Positions 36,405 to 45,863 of a DNA stretch of 64,000 nucleotides are shown here, piece by piece (position 1 is the first letter of the stretch; every line of letters begins with the position of its first letter). The notes under the pieces were generated by a model. It searched no databases. It saw only the letters and a program-made list of their open reading frames with translations, and had not been told where the DNA came from. Location: NCBI GenBank assembly GCA_965116495.1, contig OZ220696.1:1075493-1139492 (forward strand), written 5' to 3'. This DNA comes from Gammaproteobacteria bacterium. GTDB lineage: Bacteria; Pseudomonadota; Gammaproteobacteria; Eutrophobiales; Eutrophobiaceae. The position numbers and the translations under genes are program-made.

Positions 36405-38003
36405 ATGTACGGAATGACGGCAAAATGGTTCGATCCCATCACGCGCAAACGCCTGCAGCGGTTTCGCGAGTACAGGCGTGCGTATTATTCCCTGCTCATC
36501 ATCGTTTTCCTGTACCTGACAAGCCTGGTTGCGGAGTTGCTCTGTAATGACCGTCCCCTTTTCGTACACTACGAGAACCAGTCCTATTTCCCCGTCCTGT
36601 CCTTCTACCCCGAGGATACCTTCACGGGCAACGGCCTGTTGACCCGTCCGGATTACAAGACCATCAACACCTCTCCCGCGTTCGCCGGAAACGATGATAA
36701 TTTCATGGTCTTCCCGCTGGTGCCTTTCGGGCCGCAGGAGATCATCCAGGCCTCCTCTATCCCGGTTGATAACCGGGTGGAAGTCCTTGTACAGCGGGAA
36801 CCGCGGGTCGCTTCCGTCAATATCGACGCCGGCTTCGTTGTGCGCCGCCAGCAGCGCTCGGAGTGGTTTTTCACACCAGCTGACAGGCCCGTGGAGGGAC
36901 TGGATTTTCTCGGCAGCTACGACATCCCCGAAGCTTTCAAGGAAGCCGTCGCGCTGCGTTTTGCCAATCAACCAGCCCCGGCCTGGTCTTATTCATACCC
37001 GTCTGGCGAGGCCGAAAAACAGGTCATTCTGAGCCTTTCCCCCTATAAACCGCGCAATAGAATTCCGCGAACCGTCAGGATATTGTTGCGCGAAGCCTTG
37101 CAGCAGGACCTGGAACAGAAATGGATATACACACCTGAAGATGGACAACTCGCTACCGGTGGCGGCTTGTGGGATGCATTCTCCGACGGCCACAGGGATG
37201 AGATACTGGCACAGGCAAAAGCGCGCCTGCTCGCACCCGTCGCCACCCTGCGCCTGGAGCACGACGGCGTGAACTACCGGATAAAATTCATCAAGGAAGA
37301 CGTGCGCTTCCCCTTCCGCCCGATCGGTCCTCACCTGTTCGGACTGGATGACAGCGGCAGGGACGTACTGGCGCGCATCTTCTACGGCTTGCGCACGTCC
37401 CTGAACTTCGGCCTGTTGCTGGTCATCACCTCGATGGTTATCGGCACGGTAATCGGCGCCATCCAGGGCTATTACGGCGGTAAAATCGACCTCACCGGCC
37501 AACGCCTTACCGAGATCTGGGAAGCGCTGCCGTTCCTGTACGTGCTGATACTGCTGGGTTCGGTGTACGGCCGCAGTTTCGTCCTGCTGCTCATCGTCTA
37601 CGGCCTTTTCAACTGGATAGCCATCTCCTATTACATGCGCGCCGAGTTCCTGCGCCTGCGCAACCAGCAGTTCGTCGAGGCTGCCCAGTGCCTGGGCCTG
37701 CCGGACCGGAAAATCCTGTTCCGTCATATCCTGCCCAACGCGCTGGTGCCGTTGACGACGTTCTTCCCCTTTTCCCTGGTCGGCGCCATCGGCACCCTGG
37801 CCGCGCTGGATTACCTGGGGTTCGGACTGCCGCCGCCGACCGCAAGTTGGGGGCAACTGCTGGCGCAGGCCCAGGGACAAGCCTACTGGTGGCTGATCCT
37901 GTACCCGAGCCTGGCCCTGTTCCTGGTGATCCTGCTGTGCGTATTCGTCGGCGAGGGGGTGCGCAATGCCTTCGACCCCAGGAAGTTTACCCGGCTGGAG
38001 TGA
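36405..38003 (+). CDS. yejE: Peptide ABC transporter permease (YejE-like) with a ~190-aa insertion in the periplasmic loop
   Basis: N-terminus WFDPITRKRLQRFREYRRAYYSL and C-terminal permease core both align to YejE. The central residues ~110-300 are extra. Confidence 0.8.
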   Translation: MYGMTAKWFDPITRKRLQRFREYRRAYYSLLIIVFLYLTSLVAELLCNDRPLFVHYENQSYFPVLSFYPEDTFTGNGLLTRPDYKTINTSPAFAGNDDNFMVFPLVPFGPQEIIQASSIPVDNRVEVLVQREPRVASVNIDAGFVVRRQQRSEWFFTPADRPVEGLDFLGSYDIPEAFKEAVALRFANQPAPAWSYSYPSGEAEKQVILSLSPYKPRNRIPRTVRILLREALQQDLEQKWIYTPEDGQLATGGGLWDAFSDGHRDEILAQAKARLLAPVATLRLEHDGVNYRIKFIKEDVRFPFRPIGPHLFGLDDSGRDVLARIFYGLRTSLNFGLLLVITSMVIGTVIGAIQGYYGGKIDLTGQRLTEIWEALPFLYVLILLGSVYGRSFVLLLIVYGLFNWIAISYYMRAEFLRLRNQQFVEAAQCLGLPDRKILFRHILPNALVPLTTFFPFSLVGAIGTLAALDYLGFGLPPPTASWGQLLAQAQGQAYWWLILYPSLALFLVILLCVFVGEGVRNAFDPRKFTRLE

Positions 38004-38010
38004 TTGACCC

Positions 38011-39684
38011 GTGAAATCGTCTGAAAAACTGTTGTCCGTCAACGACCTTACGGTGCATTTCGACACCGACGAGGGCGTTGTCGAGGCGGTCAACGAGGTC
38101 AGCCTGGACATCCGGCGCGGCGAGATCGTCGGATTGGTGGGAGAGTCCGGATCCGGCAAGACCGTGACCGCGCAGAGCATCCTGCGCCTGGTGCCGCGCC
38201 CGCCGGCCCGTTTCGTCAGGGGCGCAGCAATTTTCAACAACGAAAACCTGCTGGCTCTGCCCATCGATCGCCTCAGAAAAATACGCGGCGCTGAGATCAG
38301 CATGATTTTCCAGGAACCGATGACTGCACTCTCGCCGCTGCACAGGGTCGGCCGGCAACTCAGCGAATTGCTGCGCTTCCATACCGACCTGGACCAGGAA
38401 GCGGCCTGGAAACTCGGTACGGAATGGCTGGACAAGGTGGGACTACCGGAGCCCGAGGAGCGCATGTCGTTCTATCCCCATCACTTGTCCGGGGGCATGC
38501 GGCAGCGGGTCATGATCGCCATGGCCCTGATGCTGAAACCGCAATTGATCATTGCGGACGAACCCTCAACCGCCCTGGACGTGACGGTACAGGCACAGGT
38601 TTTCAGGTTGCTGATGAGCATGAAAGATGAGGACACGTCCATGCTGCTGATCACCCATGACCTGGCGGTCGTCTGGGAGGTGTGCGACCGGGTCTACGTC
38701 ATGAAAAACTCCAGGGTGGTCGAACGCGGCGCGATCGAACCCATATTCAAAGCGCCTGCCCATGCCTATACCCGTTCGCTGCTGCAAGCGGTGCCGCGGC
38801 TGTACCAGGCCGGGGAAGAGGAAAGGAGAACGGCAACAGGAAGAAAGCAGGTAGAGGATACCGGGGATGGATTAATCAGGACGAAAAACCTGCGCGTCTG
38901 GTTCCCGGTGAAAAAGGGACTGTTCGCCCGCACGGCCGGGCACGTCAAGGCAGTCGATGATATCGACCTTTCCATTGCCGCAGGATCGACGGTGGGCCTG
39001 GTCGGTGAATCGGGTTCGGGCAAAACCACCCTGGGGCGAGCTATCATCGGCCTGCAACCCATCAACGACGGTAGTATCGTCTTCGAAGATACTGAAATCG
39101 GCGGCCTGAAGAAGAACCGCATGAAACCCTGGCGCCGTAACCTGCAGATGATCTTCCAGGATCCCTATTCATCGCTGAACCCGCGCATGACAGTCATGGA
39201 CATCCTGACGGAAGGCATCAAAGAGCACGGCCTGCTGGACATGCCGAAACAGGACAAGGCCGTACAACTGCTGGAAGAGGTCGAATTGAGGGCGGACATG
39301 GCCAACCGTTATCCGTTTGAGTTCTCCGGCGGCGAACGCCAGCGTATCAGTATCGCCCGGGCGCTGTCGCTGGAGCCGAAGTTCATTGTCTGCGACGAGG
39401 CCGTCAGCGCCCTGGACGTGACCATACAAGCGCAGATCATCGACCTGCTGCGCCGGCTGCAGGCGCGCCACGGCATCACCTACCTGTTCATCTCCCATGA
39501 CCTGAGCGTCGTCCGGCAACTGTCCGAACAGATCCTGGTGATGCACCAGGGCAGGATCGTGGAACGCGGCAGGACGGATGACGTCATCTTCAACCCGCAG
39601 CACGAATATACCCGCACACTGCTGGACGCCGTCCCCGTCCCCGGCGATATCGAGCGCCGCCGGCGCATGCGGGGCAAAAAATAA
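38011..39684 (+). CDS. Second peptide ABC transporter ATP-binding protein with two fused NBDs (YejF paralog)
   Basis: GESGSGKT occurs twice with two LSGG signatures; 557 aa. Confidence 0.85.
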   Translation: MKSSEKLLSVNDLTVHFDTDEGVVEAVNEVSLDIRRGEIVGLVGESGSGKTVTAQSILRLVPRPPARFVRGAAIFNNENLLALPIDRLRKIRGAEISMIFQEPMTALSPLHRVGRQLSELLRFHTDLDQEAAWKLGTEWLDKVGLPEPEERMSFYPHHLSGGMRQRVMIAMALMLKPQLIIADEPSTALDVTVQAQVFRLLMSMKDEDTSMLLITHDLAVVWEVCDRVYVMKNSRVVERGAIEPIFKAPAHAYTRSLLQAVPRLYQAGEEERRTATGRKQVEDTGDGLIRTKNLRVWFPVKKGLFARTAGHVKAVDDIDLSIAAGSTVGLVGESGSGKTTLGRAIIGLQPINDGSIVFEDTEIGGLKKNRMKPWRRNLQMIFQDPYSSLNPRMTVMDILTEGIKEHGLLDMPKQDKAVQLLEEVELRADMANRYPFEFSGGERQRISIARALSLEPKFIVCDEAVSALDVTIQAQIIDLLRRLQARHGITYLFISHDLSVVRQLSEQILVMHQGRIVERGRTDDVIFNPQHEYTRTLLDAVPVPGDIERRRRMRGKK

Positions 39685-41315
39685 TGAGCTGGACAGGTCG
39701 AACCGGGTTAGTGGCCAGCCTAGTTTCGACATTATTGCTGGCTGCCTCATGCGGCTTCAATTACGAAACGAATGTAGAGAGCGGTGCGCGTGAGGGGATA
39801 TTACATATCGGTAATGGCGACGAACCCCGGGAGCTTGATCCCCATGTCGTAACCGGCCGCATCGAGTCCGACCTGTGCCTGGCGCTGCTGGAAGGCCTGG
39901 TCGGCTGGCATCCCGAAGGAAAGCGCTTGATCCCCGCCGCCGCCAAATCCTGGGAGCAAAGCGAAGACGCCAGAACATACCGGTTCCACCTGCGTGAAGA
40001 CGCAAAATGGTCCAACGGCGACCCGGTAACGGCCACGGACTTTGTCTATTCATGGCGCCGGGCGCTGCTGCCTGCCCTGGGCAACAACTATGCTTATATG
40101 CTGTATTACATCAGGAACGCGGAAAGGTTCCACCAGGGGGAAATAACGGATTTCTCCCGGGTGGGCATCACGGCGCCCGATGACCTGACCCTGGTGGTCG
40201 AACTTGAGAACCCGACGCCATTTTTCCTGCAGTTACTGACACACATGAGCTATTATCCCGTCCACCAGGCGACTGTCGAAGCGTTCGGGGCCGCGGATGA
40301 ACGCGGCACGCGCTGGACCCGTCCGGGGAACCACGTGGGGAACGGCCCGTTCAAGCTGAAGGAGTGGGTGCTGAACCGCAGCATCGTCGTGGAGAAGAAC
40401 GAATATTACTGGGATGCCGGTGCGGTGAAATTGAACCAGATCGTCTTCTACCCAGTCCAGAATGCGACCACGGAAGAACGCATGTTCCGCGCCGGCCAGT
40501 TGCACATCACCACTAATATGCCGGTTGACAAGATAGCGCACTACCGGCAGGAAAGACCCGGCACCCTGAAAATCTCACCTTATTTATCGACCTACTACTA
40601 TCTCTTCAATACTACCGTTGCGCCGCTCGACCGGGTAAAGGTCAGGCAGGCCCTGACCATGTCCATCGACCGGCAACAGGTAGTAGATAAGATCACCAAG
40701 GCGGGAGAGATCCCGGCCTTCAGCTACACCCCGCCTGATACCAACGGCTACACGGCAACCGCGCGGGTACGCTATGACCTGGAACGCGCCAAGGCCCTGC
40801 TCGCGGAAGCGGGCTATCCTGGCGGGACGGGTTTTCCCGGCCTGGAGTTAATGTACAACACCTCCGAGGGGCATCGCCGGATAGCCATAGCCATCCAGCA
40901 GATGTGGAAGACCAACCTCAACATCGACGTTACGCTGACGAACCAGGACTGGAAGGTATACCTGGATAAACGCGATGAGAAAGACTACCAGGTAGCGCGG
41001 GCCGGCTGGATTGGTGATTACCTGGATCCCAATACCTTTCTCGATATGTACACTACAAACAGCGGCAATAACGACACGGGCTGGTCGAACCGGCGCTACG
41101 ACGCACTGATAGCACTGGCCGGCGCAACCACGGACCAGGAACGCCGCTTCACCCTTTTCCAGGATGCCGAATCCATCCTGATGACCGAGTTGCCTATCAT
41201 GCCCATCTACACGTACGTCAGCAAATCACTGGTCTCACCGGACGTGCGCGGCTGGTATCCGAATATCCTGGATATCCACCCGTTTAAATATATTTCCCTG
41301 GTGTCAGGAAAATGA
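39684..41315 (+). CDS. Second family-5 substrate-binding lipoprotein (OppA/DppA-like)
   Basis: Lipobox LLAASC; 543 aa. Confidence 0.8.
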   Translation: MSWTGRTGLVASLVSTLLLAASCGFNYETNVESGAREGILHIGNGDEPRELDPHVVTGRIESDLCLALLEGLVGWHPEGKRLIPAAAKSWEQSEDARTYRFHLREDAKWSNGDPVTATDFVYSWRRALLPALGNNYAYMLYYIRNAERFHQGEITDFSRVGITAPDDLTLVVELENPTPFFLQLLTHMSYYPVHQATVEAFGAADERGTRWTRPGNHVGNGPFKLKEWVLNRSIVVEKNEYYWDAGAVKLNQIVFYPVQNATTEERMFRAGQLHITTNMPVDKIAHYRQERPGTLKISPYLSTYYYLFNTTVAPLDRVKVRQALTMSIDRQQVVDKITKAGEIPAFSYTPPDTNGYTATARVRYDLERAKALLAEAGYPGGTGFPGLELMYNTSEGHRRIAIAIQQMWKTNLNIDVTLTNQDWKVYLDKRDEKDYQVARAGWIGDYLDPNTFLDMYTTNSGNNDTGWSNRRYDALIALAGATTDQERRFTLFQDAESILMTELPIMPIYTYVSKSLVSPDVRGWYPNILDIHPFKYISLVSGK

Positions 41316-41540
41316 CGAATTAGGAATTACGAATTACGAATTACGAATTAGGAATTACGAATTACGAATTACGAATTACGAATTACGAATTACGAATTAG
41401 GAATTAGGAATTAGGAATTAGGAATTACGAATTAGGAATTAGGAATTAGGAATTAGGAATTAGGAATTAGGAATCATTAAGTTGGCAAAATACTTCACTA
41501 ACCTAGAATTCGTAATTCCTAATTCCTAATTCGTAATTCT
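41316..41540. repeat. Heptamer array hairpin, locus 3: ~22 forward GAATTAC/GG units at 41316-41474, inverted units at 41504-41540
   Basis: Starts on the base after the SBP stop codon and ends 12 bp before the permease ATG. Confidence 0.9.
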
Positions 41541-41552
41541 CTAGATAATAAT

Positions 41553-42485
41553 ATGTTCAAATTCATACTCAAACGCTTGTTGCAAGCGATCCCGGTACTG
41601 CTGGTTGTCAGCGTCATCACTTTCCTGCTGATCCATGCGGCGCCCGGCGGGCCGTTTGCCGAGGAGAAGGCGGTCCCACCGGAAGTGCTCAAGCACCTGA
41701 ACGAACGTTACAAGCTGGACCAGCCTATTTACGTTCAATTTTATGACTACATCAGCCATGCCATTAAGGGAGAGCTGGGACCCTCCTTCAAATATCCCGG
41801 CAGGTCGGTAAACGAGATCATCGCCGCCGGTTTCCCTGTCACGCTGGAACTGGGTTGTTACGCCCTGCTGTTCGCCCTGCTCATCGGTATCGGCAGCGGG
41901 GTGTGCGCGTCGTTGAACCCGAATACCTGGCAGGACTACGTCCCCATGACGTTTGCCACCATCGGTATCTGCCTGCCCGCATACGTACTGGGCCCGTTGC
42001 TGGTGCTGGTCTTCGGCATCTGGCTGGAGTGGTTGCCCGTGGCCGGCTGGGGGCTGATCCCGGGGGACAAGATTCTACCCTCCGTTACCCTGGGTTCGGT
42101 GTATGCCGCCTACATCGCCCGGCTGAGCCGGGGCGGGATGCTGGAAACCCTGTCCCGGGATTTTATCCGCACCGCACGGGCCAAGGGCATGCCCGAGGCG
42201 GTGATCATATTCCGTCATGCCATGCGGGTCGGCCTGTTGCCGGTAGTGTCCTTCCTTGGACCGGCGCTGGCGGGTCTGCTCAGCGGTTCCTTCGTGGTTG
42301 AAACCATTTTCCAGGTGCCGGGCCTGGGCCGCTACTTCGTACAGGGCGCATTCAACCGGGATTACACCCTGATCCTGGGCACCACCCTGTTATTCGCTTC
42401 CCTGATCATCGTCTTCAACCTGATCTCCGACGTGATGCTGGCATGGCTGGATCCCAGGGTAAGGCAGGAGACCGTCCATGGGTGA
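41553..42485 (+). CDS. Peptide ABC transporter permease (OppB/DppB-like)
   Basis: 310 aa BPD permease. Confidence 0.85.
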   Translation: MFKFILKRLLQAIPVLLVVSVITFLLIHAAPGGPFAEEKAVPPEVLKHLNERYKLDQPIYVQFYDYISHAIKGELGPSFKYPGRSVNEIIAAGFPVTLELGCYALLFALLIGIGSGVCASLNPNTWQDYVPMTFATIGICLPAYVLGPLLVLVFGIWLEWLPVAGWGLIPGDKILPSVTLGSVYAAYIARLSRGGMLETLSRDFIRTARAKGMPEAVIIFRHAMRVGLLPVVSFLGPALAGLLSGSFVVETIFQVPGLGRYFVQGAFNRDYTLILGTTLLFASLIIVFNLISDVMLAWLDPRVRQETVHG

Positions 42486-43365
42486 GCAGCAAGGGTTAAT
42501 CCCGGAAAGCACCCGGAATATGGGGATCAGTACCTCACCACGCCAGGACGCCTGGCGCAGGCTGAAAAAGAACAAGGCGGCCATGTTTGGACTGGTGGTG
42601 CTGGGGGCGCTGATAGCCCTGTCTCTCCTGGCCCCCTGGATTACTCCCTATTCCTATTCTGCACAAAACCTGGAATTAGGCCCGAGCTCCCCTTCCGCAC
42701 AGCACTGGCTGGGCAGCGACCTGTTCGGTCGCGACCTGTTGACGAGAATAATCTATGGCAGCCGCATCTCGCTCGCGGTGGGTTTCGTTGCCACTGCCGT
42801 GGCGTTGCTCATCGGCGTGACCTGGGGCGCCGTGGCCGGTTACCTGGGGGGACGCGTCGATGCCTGGATGATGCGTACCGTGGACGTACTGTATGCCCTG
42901 CCCTTCACCATTTTCATCATCCTGCTGATGGTGGTGTTCGGCAGCAACATCATCCTGCTGTTCCTGGCCATCGGCGCCGTTGAGTGGCTGACCATGGCAC
43001 GCATCGTGCGCGGCCAGGTGTTACACGTCAAGCAGAAGGATTTCGTTGAGGCAGCCGTCAGCCTGGGTCTGTCGCGTTTCCAGATCATCAGAAAGCACGT
43101 GATCCCGAATATCATGGGAACGGTGATAGTGTACGCCACCCTCACCGTACCCAATGTCATCCTGCTGGAATCTTTCCTCAGCTTCCTGGGCCTGGGTGTT
43201 CAGCCCCCGCAAAGCTCCTGGGGCCTGCTTATCTCATACGGGGTTGAGACCATGGAGGAATACCCCTGGCTGCTGATCTTCCCCGCGGCAGTACTGTCAC
43301 TGACCCTGTTCTCCCTCAACTTTCTCGGCGACGGCCTGCGCGACGCCCTGAGTGAGAGGTTATAA
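42478..43365 (+). CDS. Peptide ABC transporter permease (OppC/DppC-like)
   Basis: 295 aa BPD permease, overlapping the upstream permease. Confidence 0.85.
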   Translation: MGEQQGLIPESTRNMGISTSPRQDAWRRLKKNKAAMFGLVVLGALIALSLLAPWITPYSYSAQNLELGPSSPSAQHWLGSDLFGRDLLTRIIYGSRISLAVGFVATAVALLIGVTWGAVAGYLGGRVDAWMMRTVDVLYALPFTIFIILLMVVFGSNIILLFLAIGAVEWLTMARIVRGQVLHVKQKDFVEAAVSLGLSRFQIIRKHVIPNIMGTVIVYATLTVPNVILLESFLSFLGLGVQPPQSSWGLLISYGVETMEEYPWLLIFPAAVLSLTLFSLNFLGDGLRDALSERL

Positions 43366-43381
43366 TCAACAGAAAAAATAA

Positions 43382-43534
43382 ATCCGCAGATGACGCAGAT
43401 TACCGCAGATAAAAATATAAAAGATCAGGAGACTTACAAAATTCTTGGGGCGGCAATGGCTGTACATAGAGAACTGGGACATGGTTTTCTTGAGACTTGT
43501 TTTTAATCTGCGTTAATCTGCGTCATCTGCGGAT
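43382..43534. repeat. CGCAGAT-iteron inverted-repeat element, copy 7, carrying a 28-codon GxxExxY-family gene fragment (43420-43506) in its spacer
   Basis: The arms are perfect 29-bp inverted repeats. The spacer translates to KDQETYKILGAAMAVHRELGHGFLETCF* and ends exactly at the right arm. Confidence 0.8.
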
Positions 43535-43612
43535 AAATCATCTGCAGATGTACAATTACACTGATGCATGGCAAAATAATCCCATGTGTATCAGGATAAA
43601 CAAGGGGTAAGT

Positions 43613-44398
43613 ATGGGGCTGTTGACAGGAAAACGCGCGTTGATTGTGGGGGTGGCCAGCAACCGTTCGATTGCCTGGGGGATTGCCAAGGCGATGCACC
43701 GGGAAGGAGCGGAGCTTGCGTTTACCTACCAGAATGAAAAACTGCAGGGGCGGGTTGAGAAGTTCGCCGCGGAAGCAGGGTCGGACATTACGCTACCTTG
43801 TGACGTAGCCGATGATGCCGAAATTAACAACGTATTTACCCGCCTGGCTGAATACTGGCCGCACCTGGATATCCTGGTTCATTCCGTCGCTTTTGCAGAC
43901 CGGGAGCTGCTCGAAGGGGATTACCTGGACAGTATTACCCGGGAGGGTTTTCTCAAGGCCCAGGACATCAGCGCCTACAGTTTTGCCGCACTGGGTCAGG
44001 CGGCCCGCCCGCTGATGCAGGGCCGGGACGGCGCCATGCTCACCCTGACCTATATCGGTTCGGTCAGGGCCATGCCGAACTACAACGTGATGGGGATCGC
44101 CAAGGCCAGCCTCGAAGCCAACGTGCGTTACATGGCCGCCGACCTCGGGCCGGAGAGTATCCGCGTCAACGCCATCTCGGCAGGTCCTATCCGCACCCTG
44201 GCGGCCTCCGGCATCAAGGGCTTGAGGGGGTTCCTCAACCATGTCGAGCGGGTTACGCCCCTGCGCAGGAACGTCACCATTGAAGAGGTGGGCAACGTGG
44301 CCGCGTTCCTGTGTTCCGATTACGCGTCCGCCGTTACCGGGGAGATCACCTACGTCGATTGCGGTTACAGCGTGACCGGCAGTGAGGGGAAGGAGTAG
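43613..44398 (+). CDS. fabI: Enoyl-[acyl-carrier-protein] reductase (NADH) FabI
   Basis: [44 protein letters not shown] is nearly identical in pattern to E. coli FabI. Confidence 0.9.
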   Translation: MGLLTGKRALIVGVASNRSIAWGIAKAMHREGAELAFTYQNEKLQGRVEKFAAEAGSDITLPCDVADDAEINNVFTRLAEYWPHLDILVHSVAFADRELLEGDYLDSITREGFLKAQDISAYSFAALGQAARPLMQGRDGAMLTLTYIGSVRAMPNYNVMGIAKASLEANVRYMAADLGPESIRVNAISAGPIRTLAASGIKGLRGFLNHVERVTPLRRNVTIEEVGNVAAFLCSDYASAVTGEITYVDCGYSVTGSEGKE

Positions 44399-44464
44399 TT
44401 TCAGACTGGTTTCCGTTTCTGAATAGAAAATTTTATCTTACTGAATATCAAGGGTTATTTATCC

Positions 44465-45670
44465 ATGACAAATAATAACTGGTTGTTATGGGCGTTGCTC
44501 ACCGCGGCCATTTCCGGCATATTCTGCGGCTGGTTCTTCGGTCAGTCGATGCTTGCCATTGAATGGGTCGGAGAGTTGTTCCTGGATGCCCTGAAAATGG
44601 TCATCATCCCGCTCATCGTCGCCGCGGTCATCAGCGGTATCGCTTCCCTGGGTGGGGCTTCAGGCGGGCTGAAACGGCTGGGCGGGCTGACCGTGCTGTA
44701 CTATTTCTGTACCACTGCAATCGCCGTCCTGCTGGGACTGATTATCGTGAACATCATCCAGCCCGGCGCCGGTATCACCGAAGTGAGTCAGGTGGTTCCG
44801 GACCGTGTCAGCGGTAAGGAAGAGACCGGGATCGTGGAGATCATCCGTTCACTGATAGGCGACAACATCGTTGCCTCGGCGGCTGAAACCAAGCTGCTGG
44901 AAGTGATCGTGTTTTCCATCCTGTTTGCCGCTGCCCTGACGACGGTCGGGGAACGGGGAAAGCCCCTGGTCGCTTTCTTTGAGGGCATGAATGACGTGAT
45001 GATAAAAATCGTCGTCTGGATCATGTATTTTGCCCCCATCGGTATTTTTGCCCTGATCTCATCAAAGCTTGGCGATAGCGGCGGCGGCGAACATTTCTGG
45101 CGGGAAATCCTGGGAGTGGGCAAATACATGCTGACGGTCATCGTCGGTCTGACCCTGCATTTTTTCGTGTTGATGACGATCCTGGTTGTCGTCAGCCGGC
45201 GCGGACGCCAGTTCATCACCACGATGTCCAAGGCCCTGGTAACCGCATTCGGCACCGCCAGTTCAACGGCAACCCTGCCCCTGACGATGGAATGCGCACT
45301 GGAAGCCAACGTGGATAAACGAGCGGCCAAGTTCGTCCTGCCCCTGGGCTCCACGGTGAACATGGACGGCACCGCCCTGTACGAGGCAGTAGCCGTGATG
45401 TTCATCGCCCAGGCCTACGGCATCCACATGACGCCGATGGACCAGGTACTGATTTTTATCACCGCCACCCTGGCCGCGATCGGCGCGGCAGGCATCCCCG
45501 AGGCCGGCCTGGTCACCATGGTAATCGTATTGACTGCCGTGGGTCTGCCCATGGAAGGTATCGGCCTGTTACTGGCCGTAGACTGGTTCCTCGACCGGCT
45601 CAGAACGACGGTAAACGTATGGGGCGACAGCGTCGGGTCGACCGTGGTTGAAAAGCTCTGTTTTAAATAA
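44465..45670 (+). CDS. Dicarboxylate/amino acid:cation symporter (DAACS, GltP-like)
   Basis: 401 aa with the typical SDF-family hairpin motifs. Confidence 0.8.
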   Translation: MTNNNWLLWALLTAAISGIFCGWFFGQSMLAIEWVGELFLDALKMVIIPLIVAAVISGIASLGGASGGLKRLGGLTVLYYFCTTAIAVLLGLIIVNIIQPGAGITEVSQVVPDRVSGKEETGIVEIIRSLIGDNIVASAAETKLLEVIVFSILFAAALTTVGERGKPLVAFFEGMNDVMIKIVVWIMYFAPIGIFALISSKLGDSGGGEHFWREILGVGKYMLTVIVGLTLHFFVLMTILVVVSRRGRQFITTMSKALVTAFGTASSTATLPLTMECALEANVDKRAAKFVLPLGSTVNMDGTALYEAVAVMFIAQAYGIHMTPMDQVLIFITATLAAIGAAGIPEAGLVTMVIVLTAVGLPMEGIGLLLAVDWFLDRLRTTVNVWGDSVGSTVVEKLCFK

Positions 45671-45692
45671 CCGCCCTGATATCAGGATGTAT

Positions 45693-45840
45693 ATCCGCAG
45701 ATGACGCAGATTAACGCAGATGGTATACAATTAGTTCTGTTTACTCTGAACACTCCTTGTGTTTCGTCATGTTCTGTTTAAGCGCATGTATTAAAGTTTT
45801 GATATCTTTTCATCTGCGTTAATCTGCGTCATCTGCGGAT
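45693..45840. repeat. CGCAGAT-iteron inverted-repeat element, copy 8 (perfect arms), between convergent genes
   Basis: ATCCGCAGATGACGCAGATTAACGCAGAT ... ATCTGCGTTAATCTGCGTCATCTGCGGAT. Confidence 0.9.
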
Positions 45841-45863
45841 AGATCATCCACGGCATTTCCCGG

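Noticed and set aside
43536-43560. Extra ATCTGCAGATG next to CGCAGAT copy 7, considered as an additional element
   Set aside because: It is a single degenerate heptad without a partner arm, so it was treated as part of copy 7's flank.
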